IMG/VR virus record: IMGVR_UViG_3300045988_126502
Span: 1 to 34,613 of that record
Strand: one strand, 5' to 3'
Origin: a virus
DNA length: 34,613 bases
Positions 1 to 8,305 of this stretch are shown here, one piece after another. The notes beneath the pieces were generated by a model. The model searched no databases, had not been told where the DNA came from, and saw only the letters and a list, made by a program, of their open reading frames with translations. The stretch's first letter is position 1. Each line of letters starts with the position of its first letter. A program made the translations under genes and the position numbers.

Positions 1-119
1 GCGATGTTATTCCAATGAGACTAAAAGATAATAACAATATGGCTATAAAAATAAGAATAGCAAGTACTAGTAGAAAGATTGGAAAATCAGGTGCGTATAG
101 ACTTATATGTTATGCAGAA
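1..119. repeat. Terminal direct repeat, copy 1 (identical to 34495-34613); circular-closure overlap
   Basis: Bases 1-119 match bases 34495-34613 base for base. The window starts and ends exactly on the repeat. Confidence 0.95.
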
Positions 120-170
120 CAGGAAAATGTAAAAGTTGATATACAAATAGAAAGAAGGAAAAACGAATGA
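1..170 (+). CDS. RelE/ParE-family toxin, C-terminal part (the ORF starts at 34368 and continues across the circular junction; first full codon at 3)
   Basis: The frame is continuous with 34368-34613 and the TGA stop is at 168-170. The joined 98-aa protein carries '...KFERDLKKL...' and '...GKSGAYRLICY...', which resemble the RelE/HigB/Gp49-type 'GKSGGYRxIY' signature. Confidence 0.7.
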   Translation, partial: DVIPMRLKDNNNMAIKIRIASTSRKIGKSGAYRLICYAEQENVKVDIQIERRKNE

Positions 171-271
171 AAAAGAAAGTAAATAAAAAAACAAAGCAGA
201 AGATTAAAGAATATATTTATTGTGCAATATTTGGATTGTTTTGGGCAGCATTTATAGCAATAGGATTTTAG
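167..271 (+). CDS. Tiny membrane peptide (34 aa), hypothetical
   Basis: ATGA start/stop overlap with the toxin gene. The peptide is MKKKVNKKTKQKIKEYIYCAIFGLFWAAFIAIGF: a basic N-terminus followed by one hydrophobic helix. It is below the ORF-track size cutoff. Confidence 0.35.
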   Translation: MKKKVNKKTKQKIKEYIYCAIFGLFWAAFIAIGF

Positions 272-280
272 GAGGGAAAA

Positions 281-457
281 ATGGAAACAACAAGACCGAG
301 AGGAACAGATAAAGCAGAAGTTATGAAAGTTATAAAGACAACATCATTATTGGGACGAGGAACGGAAAAAGACCCAGTAAGATATATTTATCAATACTGG
401 GATTTTGAAGGAAATTTGTTGGCTAGTCATGATACTTTAGACGAGACTACTGATTAG
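281..457 (+). CDS. Hypothetical small protein (58 aa)
   Basis: GGAGGG RBS 5 nt upstream of the ATG at 281. The protein is METTRPRGTDKAEVMKVIKTTSLLGRGTEKDPVRYIYQYWDFEGNLLASHDTLDETTD. Its 3' end overlaps the convergent gene 447-1127 by 11 nt. Confidence 0.5.
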   Translation: METTRPRGTDKAEVMKVIKTTSLLGRGTEKDPVRYIYQYWDFEGNLLASHDTLDETTD

Positions 458-1127
458 ATTTAATTTGTTTTTGAGATTTTTTATCATCGGCAATAGCGGT
501 AATATCATATAAAAGTTGTTCTTCATCATGACGAGATATATACCATTTATCAACTAAAAGCTCTATCAACTTTAACAATTTTTGAGCTTCGTCAGGGTCA
601 ACATCAATAATTACATTAACATCACTTTCCATGTGCGCACCAATGTTGCCAACAGAACGAAGAGAATCTATAGCCTTCCATTGCGTAGGAGGAACTAAAC
701 TTTGGAGAACAGTAATTTCATCAACTAAACGAGGTTTCACAATTCCAAAAAAATCTCGAATCATTCCTTGTAAGCAACGACGAGCAAGAGTAGCAGAAGC
801 CTTAGGACTTAAATTGATTATAGAATATGCTTCTTCATAATCTTCTCGAATAGATTGAGGAATATAATCAGGAAATTGTTTAGCTAAAGAATTAGGATAA
901 AGAGGAATAGAAATATTTTCTAGAAGTTCTTTACCGTTAGCAACAAAACTAACTTTATTACATTCAGGACAACTAAACATATCTATTTGAAAAATTGCAG
1001 AATTTTCACAATTATCATCGTCTGAAAAATGTGGAGTTCCTTTATTAAAGAAACAAGATATGTTTCGGTATGTTGTTGAAATAATAGGAACTGAAGAATT
1101 ACAGAATGGACACATAAAACTAGACAT
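447..1127 (-). CDS. Zinc-ribbon + DUF4145-like (HEPN-related?) protein; candidate defence/exclusion gene
   Basis: This is the only convincing minus-strand gene. It has a GAGGTG RBS. The N-terminus has CPFC...CPEC (a four-Cys ribbon). The C-terminal half has '...SPKASATLARRCLQGMIRD...ITVLQSL...IDSLRSVGNIGAHME...DEAQKLLKLIELLV', which matches my memory of the DUF4145 pattern (R..GN.gAH). Confidence 0.65.
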   Translation of the reverse strand: MSSFMCPFCNSSVPIISTTYRNISCFFNKGTPHFSDDDNCENSAIFQIDMFSCPECNKVSFVANGKELLENISIPLYPNSLAKQFPDYIPQSIREDYEEAYSIINLSPKASATLARRCLQGMIRDFFGIVKPRLVDEITVLQSLVPPTQWKAIDSLRSVGNIGAHMESDVNVIIDVDPDEAQKLLKLIELLVDKWYISRHDEEQLLYDITAIADDKKSQKQIKSNQ

Positions 1128-1167
1128 AATAACACCTCACTTTCTAAAATATTTTTAGTATGAGGTA

Positions 1168-1196
1168 ATTATACATAATTTTACAAAATTTTACAA
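1168..1196 (-). promoter_or_regulatory. Sigma-A type promoter for the antisense gene (TTGTAA-17-TATAAT on the minus strand)
   Basis: The reverse complement of 1168-1196 reads TTGTAA, then a 17-nt spacer, then TATAAT. It sits about 40 nt upstream of the ATG at 1127. Confidence 0.6.
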
Positions 1197-1213
1197 GAAA
1201 GGAGGACAAGAAT

Positions 1214-1459
1214 ATGGTAGATACAATATTAACAATACTACTTTTTATAGTCTTAATTGAAGTAATAATTAATACATACTTATGGAACAGACAAAAAGAG
1301 ATAGTTGAAGATTTGGCAGAAGATTGCAACAATTTTATAGACACAGAATTAGAACTAGAAAGCATTATATTAAGTGCTAAAGCAAACAAAGAATTACCAT
1401 TTGTTACAGTAGAAAAAATAGAAAAAGTACTATTTCCAGACAACAAACAAGTGAAATAG
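1214..1459 (+). CDS. Hypothetical early protein with N-terminal TM helix
   Basis: AAAGGAGG RBS. The N-terminus 'VDTILTILLFIVLIEVIINTYLW' is hydrophobic. Confidence 0.55.
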   Translation: MVDTILTILLFIVLIEVIINTYLWNRQKEIVEDLAEDCNNFIDTELELESIILSAKANKELPFVTVEKIEKVLFPDNKQVK

Positions 1460-1537
1460 TACCCAAACTTATTAGTAAATATTTTTACTTTTTATATTTT
1501 ACTACATAAGAAATAAAAAGTCAAGGAGGAACGCAGA

Positions 1538-1753
1538 ATGGAACTACAAGACAGATACGACGAACTAGACAATTTAATAAGCTCACTTAATTCGTTAATG
1601 GACGAATTAACAGATAAGAATTATATTGAACAGCTAGAGCTTATTAAATATGAAGCACAAAACGAATTTGAAGACGTGTCAGAACAATTAAGTGCAGAAC
1701 AAGAAAGAGAATATGCAGAAATAAATTATCAATACGAGAGGAGTGTAATTTAA
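1538..1753 (+). CDS. Hypothetical acidic coiled-coil protein
   Basis: AAGGAGG RBS. 71-aa acidic ORF with a TAATG overlap onto the next gene. Confidence 0.55.
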   Translation: MELQDRYDELDNLISSLNSLMDELTDKNYIEQLELIKYEAQNEFEDVSEQLSAEQEREYAEINYQYERSVI

Positions 1754-2400
1754 TGTTAAAAAGTTATGAAGAATTAAGAAAAGTTGATGTAAGTAAATGG
1801 GTAGAACAAAGAGATGGAGCAGACTATTTGAATTGGGCAAAAGTTGTTGATTTATTACACGAAAACGGAGCTGAAAAAGTTTATTTTGAACCCGTTGTAA
1901 ATGAATTGACAGGAAGTAGCTTATATATGACAGATAAAGAATTTGAAGACAGCAAAGGAAATATAAACAGAGTGTACGAAACTGCAGTAAAAATTGTAAT
2001 AGATGATTTAGAGTTTATTCAAAGAGGACCTGTTACAAACGGTTCAAATCCAGTAAAAGACAACTCTATGAGCCAACAAAGGTTATGGAATTGTCAAACT
2101 AGATTATTCGTTAAAGGAGTTGCTATAAGAACTGGTTTAGGATTTGATTTATGGTTAAAAGAAGAATTAAAAGACTCTAAAAATAACTGGGAAGATGATT
2201 TATCAAGACATGACATATTTAAGATAAAAGAAAGATGTCAACAAATTTATACTCAAAAACTAAAAGAAGGATTATCAGTAAAAGAAATTGCTGAAAAATT
2301 ACACAAAACAGAAGACGAAGTAAAAGCATTATTTAGTTATTTTGATACTTTAAGTAATTTTGAGAGAGATTTAGCTAACATTGATACAAAATCAAGATAG
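1753..2400 (+). CDS. Rad52/Sak-like single-strand annealing protein (DUF1071-like)
   Basis: '...ADYLNWAKVVDLLHENGAEKVYFEPV...' resembles the Sak/Rad52 N-terminal signature. It lies directly upstream of an exonuclease-like gene, the usual recombination-pair arrangement. Confidence 0.55.
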   Translation: MLKSYEELRKVDVSKWVEQRDGADYLNWAKVVDLLHENGAEKVYFEPVVNELTGSSLYMTDKEFEDSKGNINRVYETAVKIVIDDLEFIQRGPVTNGSNPVKDNSMSQQRLWNCQTRLFVKGVAIRTGLGFDLWLKEELKDSKNNWEDDLSRHDIFKIKERCQQIYTQKLKEGLSVKEIAEKLHKTEDEVKALFSYFDTLSNFERDLANIDTKSR

Positions 2401-2944
2401 AAGTGGTTACATAGGTGCATCAGATACAAGTATGGCTGTTGGAAATTGGAATACAAAAACATTTGAAAACTGGTGGTTAATTAAACTAGGACTTAGTAGA
2501 AACAATTTTTCAACAGAAGCTACTAAAGCAGGTAATAATTATGAACACAAAATATTACAAGCACTAAATATTCCAAATTTAGAGATGGACAAGCAAATAA
2601 TAATAGATAGATTAAGGGTGAATTTGGACGGGAACACAGCTGATTGCATTTATGAGGTTAAAACTCACAACATTGACAAAGAATTTAAAGTATCAAAGCA
2701 ATATTGGAGACAGGCACAGGTTGAAATGTATGCTTTTAATACAAGAAATTTATATATAGTTTCTTATGCATTAGAAGAAAAAGACTATAAGAATTATTTT
2801 AACGAAATAGATATTGATAGAGTGAAGTTTCACAAAGTAGATTATGATGAAGACTTTATAAGCAAAGAGTATTTACCAAGACTACAAATATTAAGTAAAT
2901 GTTTGAAAAAAGGAGCTTTTCCATGCAAACTACAGGAATTATAA
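2381..2944 (+). CDS. YqaJ/lambda-Exo-like PD-(D/E)XK recombination exonuclease
   Basis: TTG start. Motifs 'YIGASDTSMAVG', 'NLDG', 'IYEVKT' and 'QAQVEMYAF' fit the YqaJ viral recombinase pattern (D...EVK). Confidence 0.55.
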   Translation: MIQNQDRSGYIGASDTSMAVGNWNTKTFENWWLIKLGLSRNNFSTEATKAGNNYEHKILQALNIPNLEMDKQIIIDRLRVNLDGNTADCIYEVKTHNIDKEFKVSKQYWRQAQVEMYAFNTRNLYIVSYALEEKDYKNYFNEIDIDRVKFHKVDYDEDFISKEYLPRLQILSKCLKKGAFPCKLQEL

Positions 2945-3474
2945 ATGATATTAGTATAGATTTTGACACACGAAAACCAAAAATAAGCATAGTTTTAGAT
3001 ACGAATGAGATAAGTGCTGTCGAACAACTTAAAAACGAAAATAAGCTAAATATTGAGCTAAAGAAATGGTATAAAAAGAGGTCCTTAGATGCTAATTCAT
3101 ATTGTTGGGTTCTATGTGATTTAATTGCAAAAAAATTAACAACAAATGATGCAGTAATAACAAAAGAAGATATATACAAAGATGCAATTTCAAATATAGG
3201 CACATTTCAAGCCATAATAATAGAAGAGAAAGCATTTGAAGATTTTAAAAGAATTTGGCAGAATCAAGGATTAGGTTTTTTAGTAAGAGAGATTTCGAGA
3301 AAAGACAAGTGCGTAAAAGTACAAGCTTACTATGGCTCTAGTACATACAACACAAAAGAAATGAGTTTATTGATTGAATTACTAATACAAGAATGTAAGC
3401 AATTAGAAATAGAAACTAAGACACCAGCTGAAATAAAGAGTTTGTTAGACAGTTGGAGTGGCACTAATAGATGA
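2923..3474 (+). CDS. NinB-like/HNHc_6-like recombination-associated protein (tentative)
   Basis: AAAGGAG RBS before the ATG at 2923. 'KKRSLDANSYCWVLCDLIAKKL' resembles the RSLxQN motif of NinB-type proteins. The assignment is weak. Confidence 0.35.
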   Translation: MQTTGIINDISIDFDTRKPKISIVLDTNEISAVEQLKNENKLNIELKKWYKKRSLDANSYCWVLCDLIAKKLTTNDAVITKEDIYKDAISNIGTFQAIIIEEKAFEDFKRIWQNQGLGFLVREISRKDKCVKVQAYYGSSTYNTKEMSLLIELLIQECKQLEIETKTPAEIKSLLDSWSGTNR

Positions 3475-3535
3475 ACAAAACCCCACCTTTTATTGTTATT
3501 GTTAGTGCCACGCGCCCTTTAAATAAGGAGGCAAT

Positions 3536-3820
3536 ATGAAATCGATATTACAAGAAGAAAAAAGATGTTATATATGTGGACTATATAGTCCAGTAGAAGA
3601 ACATCATATATATTTTGGAAATCCAAACAGAAGAATATCAGAAGAAAATGGATTTAAAGTTTGGTTATGTGCTGAACATCATAGAGGAACTATTGGAGTA
3701 CATGGCAAACTAGGACATAGTTTAGATTTAAAGTTAAAAGAAACTTGCGAGAAAAAGTACATAAATTTGGGACATACAAAAGAAGAATTTATAAGATTAA
3801 TAGGTAAAAATTATTTATAG
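3536..3820 (+). CDS. HNH-type zinc-finger nuclease-like protein
   Basis: The layout 'CYICG...EEHHIYFG..NRRISEENG...LCAEHHRG..GVH' fits a CxxC / HH / N / CxxHH beta-beta-alpha-metal fold. Confidence 0.45.
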   Translation: MKSILQEEKRCYICGLYSPVEEHHIYFGNPNRRISEENGFKVWLCAEHHRGTIGVHGKLGHSLDLKLKETCEKKYINLGHTKEEFIRLIGKNYL

Positions 3821-3831
3821 GAGGATTTAAA

Positions 3832-4431
3832 ATGAAATTTAAAATTGGAGATAAGGTAAAGGTAGTTAAATGTGAAATTTTAGGAGAATGTTGCGGAAAT
3901 ATTAACAAAATTTCTACAATAACACAAGTAGAAAAGGATGTGCCTTATCCATATATGTTAAAAGATTTAGATGAAGTTTTTAGAGAAGATGAACTAGAAC
4001 TAGTACAAGAAAAACAATTTACAAAAGCTGATTTAAAAGACGGAGATAAATGTACATTAAAAAATGGACAAGTTATATTTGTTGACAAGACTTCAAATTA
4101 TGGTTTTAGCAACATTAATGAACAATTAAAATATTTTAATGATGATGTAAGTATCGTCAAGGTAGAAAGACCAGTAAAATATGAAACAATGTTTGAAAGA
4201 AAAGAAGAGATATTAGACGAGGTAGAGAAGAAGTATTTAGTAGATGTTGTTAGACCTTTTAGGAGTAAAGTTAGATCTGTTTATAAGATGGCTCCTATTT
4301 GTAGCAATAAAGAATTTATAAATATACAACTGAGAGATGAGAATTTTACTTTACCATACTTTAAAAAAGGAACAATGTACAAAGAAATGCAAACAGGTAA
4401 ACGATACACATTAGAAAAATTAGGAATATAA
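3832..4431 (+). CDS. Hypothetical protein
   Basis: GGAGG RBS. 199-aa ORF with no motif I recognise. Confidence 0.55.
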   Translation: MKFKIGDKVKVVKCEILGECCGNINKISTITQVEKDVPYPYMLKDLDEVFREDELELVQEKQFTKADLKDGDKCTLKNGQVIFVDKTSNYGFSNINEQLKYFNDDVSIVKVERPVKYETMFERKEEILDEVEKKYLVDVVRPFRSKVRSVYKMAPICSNKEFINIQLRDENFTLPYFKKGTMYKEMQTGKRYTLEKLGI

Positions 4432-4435
4432 CAAC

Positions 4436-4470
4436 AAGGGCTAGACAACAAAAACTAGCCCTTTATTTTA
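4436..4470 (+). terminator. Intrinsic terminator-like hairpin
   Basis: AAGGGCTAG (4436-4444) pairs with CTAGCCCTT (4455-4463): a 9-bp stem with a 10-nt loop, followed by TATTTTA. Confidence 0.55.
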
Positions 4471-4485
4471 CGAAAGGAGAAAACA

Positions 4486-5217
4486 ATGAAAGACCCAGCA
4501 TTTCTATTTTATAGTAGCGATTTTCTTTCTGGAACGATGTTAATGACAGATGAAGAAATAGGGCAATATATAAAATTAATATGTTTACAACATCAAAAAG
4601 GTCATTTGAAAGAGAAAGATATATTAAACATATGTAAAACACATAATGAAGAAATTTTCTCCAAATTTAAAATTGATGAAGAAGGCAATTACTATAATGA
4701 AAGACTAGAAACAGAAATTAATAAACGCAAAGCATATTCAGAAAGTAGAAGAAATAACAGAAAGAAAAAAGAAGAGAAAACAACATATGAAGAAGATATG
4801 AAAAACATATGTAATTCATATGAAGAACATATGGAAAATGAAAATATAAATATAAATAAAAATATAATTAAAAATAAAGATAGAGATAAAGGGGTTATAG
4901 GGGAAGAAGAGGAAGAGACAAAAATCTTAGACATGTGGGAGACACAATTTAATGACTTTTATAGCCTATATCCTAAAAAGGTAAAAAAGCAAGATGTGAA
5001 GAAATGGTTTCAAAAAAATAAACCATCGAATGAATTGTTTAGTTCTATGTTATATAGTTTGGAACAATTTAGGGCCAGTAAAGAATGGCAAAAAGATGGT
5101 GGACAATTTATTCCATATCCTTCTACCTGGTTAAATCAAAAAAGGTGGGAAGACGAAGGTATAGAACAAATGAGACCAATGTCAGCACTACAGAGAGCTT
5201 TCGAAGAAGGGAGATAA
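4486..5217 (+). CDS. Replisome organizer / replication initiation protein (N-terminal DUF1376-like)
   Basis: 'DPAFLFYSSDFLSGTMLMTDEEIGQYIKLICLQH' is a typical DUF1376 N-terminus. The C-terminal 'GQFIPYPSTWLNQKRWEDE' is typical of phage replication proteins. Confidence 0.6.
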   Translation: MKDPAFLFYSSDFLSGTMLMTDEEIGQYIKLICLQHQKGHLKEKDILNICKTHNEEIFSKFKIDEEGNYYNERLETEINKRKAYSESRRNNRKKKEEKTTYEEDMKNICNSYEEHMENENININKNIIKNKDRDKGVIGEEEEETKILDMWETQFNDFYSLYPKKVKKQDVKKWFQKNKPSNELFSSMLYSLEQFRASKEWQKDGGQFIPYPSTWLNQKRWEDEGIEQMRPMSALQRAFEEGR

Positions 5218-5218
5218 A

Positions 5219-5767
5219 ATGACAAGACAAGAAACAGTAGTAATATTAACTCTACTTGCTGGAAACTATGAGAGTTTTGCTAAAAGAACCGAAACAGATG
5301 AACAAGTAAAAATAATGGTAGATACATGGCAAGAGTGTTTAGGGGATTTAGATTATAACTTAGTTTTACAAGCAGTAAAGAAAACGATAATTGAAAGCCC
5401 ATATCCTCCTACAATTCATGAAATTAGAAAAAATGCAGTAGAAATGATAAATCCAAGCACATCAAGAACAGCTATTGAAGCATGGAACGAAGCATATAAA
5501 ATGATTTGTTCTGGCTCATATATGACACAAGAGCAGTTTGATATGGCAAGTCCAGAGGTCAAAAGATTTTTCGGAGATGTTAGACAAGTAAAAGAACTAG
5601 CGCAAACAGATATAGCAACAGTAAATAGTGTAACAAAGGGGCAATTCTTAAAACAATATGAGGTTATAGTAAATAGAGAAAAAGAGCAAAAACTATTACC
5701 ACAACAAATGCAAAATTTTATAGAACAAATTGCGGATAAAATGAGTGTAAAACAGATAGGAGTGTGA
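5219..5767 (+). CDS. G39P-like helicase loader/inhibitor
   Basis: 'VDTWQECLGDLDYNLVLQAVKKTIIESPYPPTIHEIRKNA' resembles the G39P N-terminal domain. It sits directly after the replisome organizer. Confidence 0.5.
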   Translation: MTRQETVVILTLLAGNYESFAKRTETDEQVKIMVDTWQECLGDLDYNLVLQAVKKTIIESPYPPTIHEIRKNAVEMINPSTSRTAIEAWNEAYKMICSGSYMTQEQFDMASPEVKRFFGDVRQVKELAQTDIATVNSVTKGQFLKQYEVIVNREKEQKLLPQQMQNFIEQIADKMSVKQIGV

Positions 5768-5774
5768 TTAACAA

Positions 5775-6095
5775 ATGATTACAGCAGAAACAAAACAAAT
5801 GAGTTTTAATGACATACAAGATAAAGCAAAAATAAGATATATACAAATTTTAAATAGATTGGAGAAACCTAAAACAGCAAAGGAATTAGCAGTAGAACTA
5901 TTTGATTTAGGTTTTACAAATACAACAGAGAGGAATTATACAGCACCAAGATTAACAGAATTAGAGAAAATGGGATATGTAAAAACAATAGGTAAAAAGA
6001 AATGCGATTATACAGGTAAGACAGTAGCAGTATATGAGAGAACACAGTCAGGATTTGAGGCATTGAATTACGAACATATTCCAAGAATAGATTAG
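5775..6095 (+). CDS. Winged-helix DNA-binding protein (MarR-like fold, tentative)
   Basis: 'PKTAKELAVEL...APRLTELEKMGYVKTIGKKK...GKTVAVYE' looks like an HTH followed by a wing. Confidence 0.4.
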   Translation: MITAETKQMSFNDIQDKAKIRYIQILNRLEKPKTAKELAVELFDLGFTNTTERNYTAPRLTELEKMGYVKTIGKKKCDYTGKTVAVYERTQSGFEALNYEHIPRID

Positions 6096-6104
6096 GAGGT
6101 AGTT

Positions 6105-6350
6105 ATGATAATAGTAAGTCAAGATAAATGTACAATAGTAAACTTTAATAATATACAAAATATAAGAATTGAGCCTTATGGCACGCACATAAAAAGTAAA
6201 AAGATATATAAAATATTTGCAGGAAATTTTGAGGGCTATGCGACAGAATTAGGTACTTACGATACAGAAGAAAGAGCAGAAGAAATATTAAGAGATATTG
6301 TACATTGGTATGAGATAGATGCTAAAGTGTACAATATGCCAGAGGACTAG
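6105..6350 (+). CDS. Hypothetical protein
   Basis: GGAGG RBS. 81-aa ORF. Confidence 0.5.
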   Translation: MIIVSQDKCTIVNFNNIQNIRIEPYGTHIKSKKIYKIFAGNFEGYATELGTYDTEERAEEILRDIVHWYEIDAKVYNMPED

Positions 6351-6353
6351 CCT

Positions 6354-6542
6354 ATGAAACAATTAAAAGATATGAAAGGTATATGTAAGTACTGTACAGG
6401 TTGTTTAAGATTGGAAGATGAAAATTTCCAAAGTAGATACAGATGCAAGGATTTTGAGGCTAATCAAATAAATTGGAAGGATCTCATAGAAAAGGAGTTA
6501 TTAAATGAACAAGTACAGAAACAGAAAAATAGTAGTAGATAA
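6354..6542 (+). CDS. Hypothetical Cys-containing small protein
   Basis: 62-aa ORF containing CKYCTGC...C. Confidence 0.4.
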   Translation: MKQLKDMKGICKYCTGCLRLEDENFQSRYRCKDFEANQINWKDLIEKELLNEQVQKQKNSSR

Positions 6543-6834
6543 CATAAAGTTTGACAGTGTTTTAGAGGCAAACAGATATAGAGAACTAATGCTATTACAA
6601 AGAGCAAAAGAAATAAGCAACTTAAGACTGCAAGTGCCGTTTATATTGCAAGAAGGATTTAAGAAGAACGGTAAGACGCACAGAGAGATAAAGTATATAG
6701 CAGACTTTGTTTATGAAGAAAGAGGACAAACTGTTGTAGAAGATACAAAGGGCATATGTACTGAGGTTTTTAGAATTAAGCAAAAATTATTTGAGTATAA
6801 ATATCCAGATTTAGAGTTAAAGATTATTAAGTAG
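6505..6834 (+). CDS. DUF1064-like protein (PD-(D/E)XK, putative Holliday-junction resolvase-like)
   Basis: 'KYRNRKIVVDNIKFDSVLEANRYRELMLLQ...YIADFVY...VEDTKG' matches the DUF1064 pattern as I remember it. Confidence 0.6.
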   Translation: MNKYRNRKIVVDNIKFDSVLEANRYRELMLLQRAKEISNLRLQVPFILQEGFKKNGKTHREIKYIADFVYEERGQTVVEDTKGICTEVFRIKQKLFEYKYPDLELKIIK

Positions 6835-6843
6835 GAGGAGAAG

Positions 6844-7266
6844 ATGAATAGAGAAATAAAGTTTAGAATTTGGGATAAATATGAAAAACAAATGTATCCG
6901 ATAAGTAGTATAGATTATGATATTTTTTCACAAGAAATAAGGATAATAGCAATTGGACATAAAAATGGTATGTGTACATCTTATAACAAAAATCACAATT
7001 CAGAAAAATGCGATATAACAGCATTAGAACTAATGCAATATACAGGACTACATGATAAAAACGGAAAAGAAATATATGAGGGGGATATCGTTGGTGATAA
7101 TAAAATAAAGTGGATTGTAAAATGGAATAAACATAGAATGGGTTTTAGTTTATATCCTACAACTGAACAATTATATGATGAAATGCCTATAAATGTAGAA
7201 AACAAATTAGGTTTTAAAATATTAGGAAATATATATGATAATCCAGAGTTATTAGGAGGAGAATAG
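6844..7266 (+). CDS. YopX family protein
   Basis: 'REIKFRIWDK...QYTGLHDKNGKEIYEGDIV...GNIYDNPELL' is the hallmark YopX pattern. Confidence 0.7.
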   Translation: MNREIKFRIWDKYEKQMYPISSIDYDIFSQEIRIIAIGHKNGMCTSYNKNHNSEKCDITALELMQYTGLHDKNGKEIYEGDIVGDNKIKWIVKWNKHRMGFSLYPTTEQLYDEMPINVENKLGFKILGNIYDNPELLGGE

Positions 7267-7268
7267 AT

Positions 7269-7655
7269 ATGCTAAATTATAAAGAAAATGATAAAAAATT
7301 AATTGAAAGTGGAAGATACAAATATTATGACTTTACAGAAGAAATAGTACAAAATATAGTAAGTAAACAGATAAATGATGTAGAAAATACAGAGTGGAGA
7401 ATATTACTACAAATGTTATATCCAAGAAATATGATTGGAAGCGGATTATTTCAACCGATATTGATATTTAAAATAAGTAAAAATGGAAAGAGAGTAGATC
7501 CACCATTAGAGGCTTATAATTCTATAGATGATTTGAAAGAAAATACATGCTTACTATTCAAAATAATAGAACATACCAAAAAAAATAGTACATTTGAAAT
7601 AAATGATAGCTGGTACAATGCGAAAGAAAGAATACTAAAAGAGAGGAAAAATTAG
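7269..7655 (+). CDS. Hypothetical protein
   Basis: GGAGGAG RBS. 128-aa ORF. Confidence 0.5.
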   Translation: MLNYKENDKKLIESGRYKYYDFTEEIVQNIVSKQINDVENTEWRILLQMLYPRNMIGSGLFQPILIFKISKNGKRVDPPLEAYNSIDDLKENTCLLFKIIEHTKKNSTFEINDSWYNAKERILKERKN

Positions 7656-7657
7656 AT

Positions 7658-7916
7658 ATGCTTAAAATTCGTGATGATGTAGATTTAAAAGAACTTGAAA
7701 AATATCGGATACGAATTATTAGAATATGATAATTATTACAGAAAATATGAAAAAGATTATCGAGTTCAGATAAACATTTTTGATAGAAAAATTTTAGTAT
7801 TTAAGAAAAGAAAAAATAGCAACTGGGGAGATTATATAGGGTATAGTGGAGAAGAAGAAAAAATAAAAGAATATATACAAGATTTAATCAAAGCAAATTT
7901 AGTAGGAGAGGAGTAA
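7658..7916 (+). CDS. Hypothetical early protein; needs a +1 frame change at CGG 7706-7708 to be read as one product
   Basis: The ATG at 7658 has a GAGAGG RBS and gives MLKIRDDVDLKELEKY, then CGG, with a stop at 7727-7729. The +1 frame continues GYELLEYDNYYRKYEKDY...IQDLIKANLVGEE to 7916. The track's TTG start at 7695 has no RBS. The joined 'ELEKYGYE' parallels 'FEELGYKK' in the neighbouring paralog-like gene at 8075. Confidence 0.5.
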
Positions 7917-7923
7917 ATAAGAT

Positions 7924-8091
7924 ATGAGTAATGAAGAAATAGCATTAAAACTAACTATTGCAATGATAAAAGGAATGGGGCAAGCAGGAGATACACCCAA
8001 TAATCCTTACGAAGTTGTAAGTGATTATAAAACAATATTAAATGAAATAAGAAAAAAGAGAGGAGTGATACATAGTGAAAACAGCAGATGA
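7924..8091 (+). CDS. Hypothetical small protein (55 aa)
   Basis: GGAGAGGAG RBS. The product is MSNEEIALKLTIAMIKGMGQAGDTPNNPYEVVSDYKTILNEIRKKRGVIHSENSR. It is below the track cutoff. Confidence 0.45.
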   Translation: MSNEEIALKLTIAMIKGMGQAGDTPNNPYEVVSDYKTILNEIRKKRGVIHSENSR

Positions 8092-8305
8092 GATGTTTGA
8101 AGAGTTAGGGTATAAAAAGAAAAATTTAGATATTATATTTTCAAGATTTTGGGAAGAATGGGAAAATGAAGATTTAGCGAAAACATTTTCATTTAATACA
8201 AAATATGAAACAATAGATATTACAGATGAAAATAGATATGGAATAACAAAGCAAGAACTACAAGCAATAAATAAGAAAGAAGAGGAATGGGGGTGGGTAA
8301 AATGA
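8075..8305 (+). CDS. Hypothetical protein (MFEELGY-type small phage protein)
   Basis: GTG start after an AGAGGAG RBS. 76 aa. Confidence 0.5.
   Translation: MKTADEMFEELGYKKKNLDIIFSRFWEEWENEDLAKTFSFNTKYETIDITDENRYGITKQELQAINKKEEEWGWVK

Noticed and set aside
1-119. The 119-bp direct repeats as prophage attL/attR core sites
   Set aside because: The window begins and ends exactly at the repeat boundaries and no host-like flanks are present. A single ORF reads in frame through the joined ends, and there is no integrase. An assembly overlap of a circular or permuted genome is the simpler reading.
631-840. 69-aa + strand ORF inside the DUF4145-like gene
   Set aside because: It is a shadow ORF on the opposite strand of a gene with RBS, promoter and domain-like sequence, and it has no RBS of its own.
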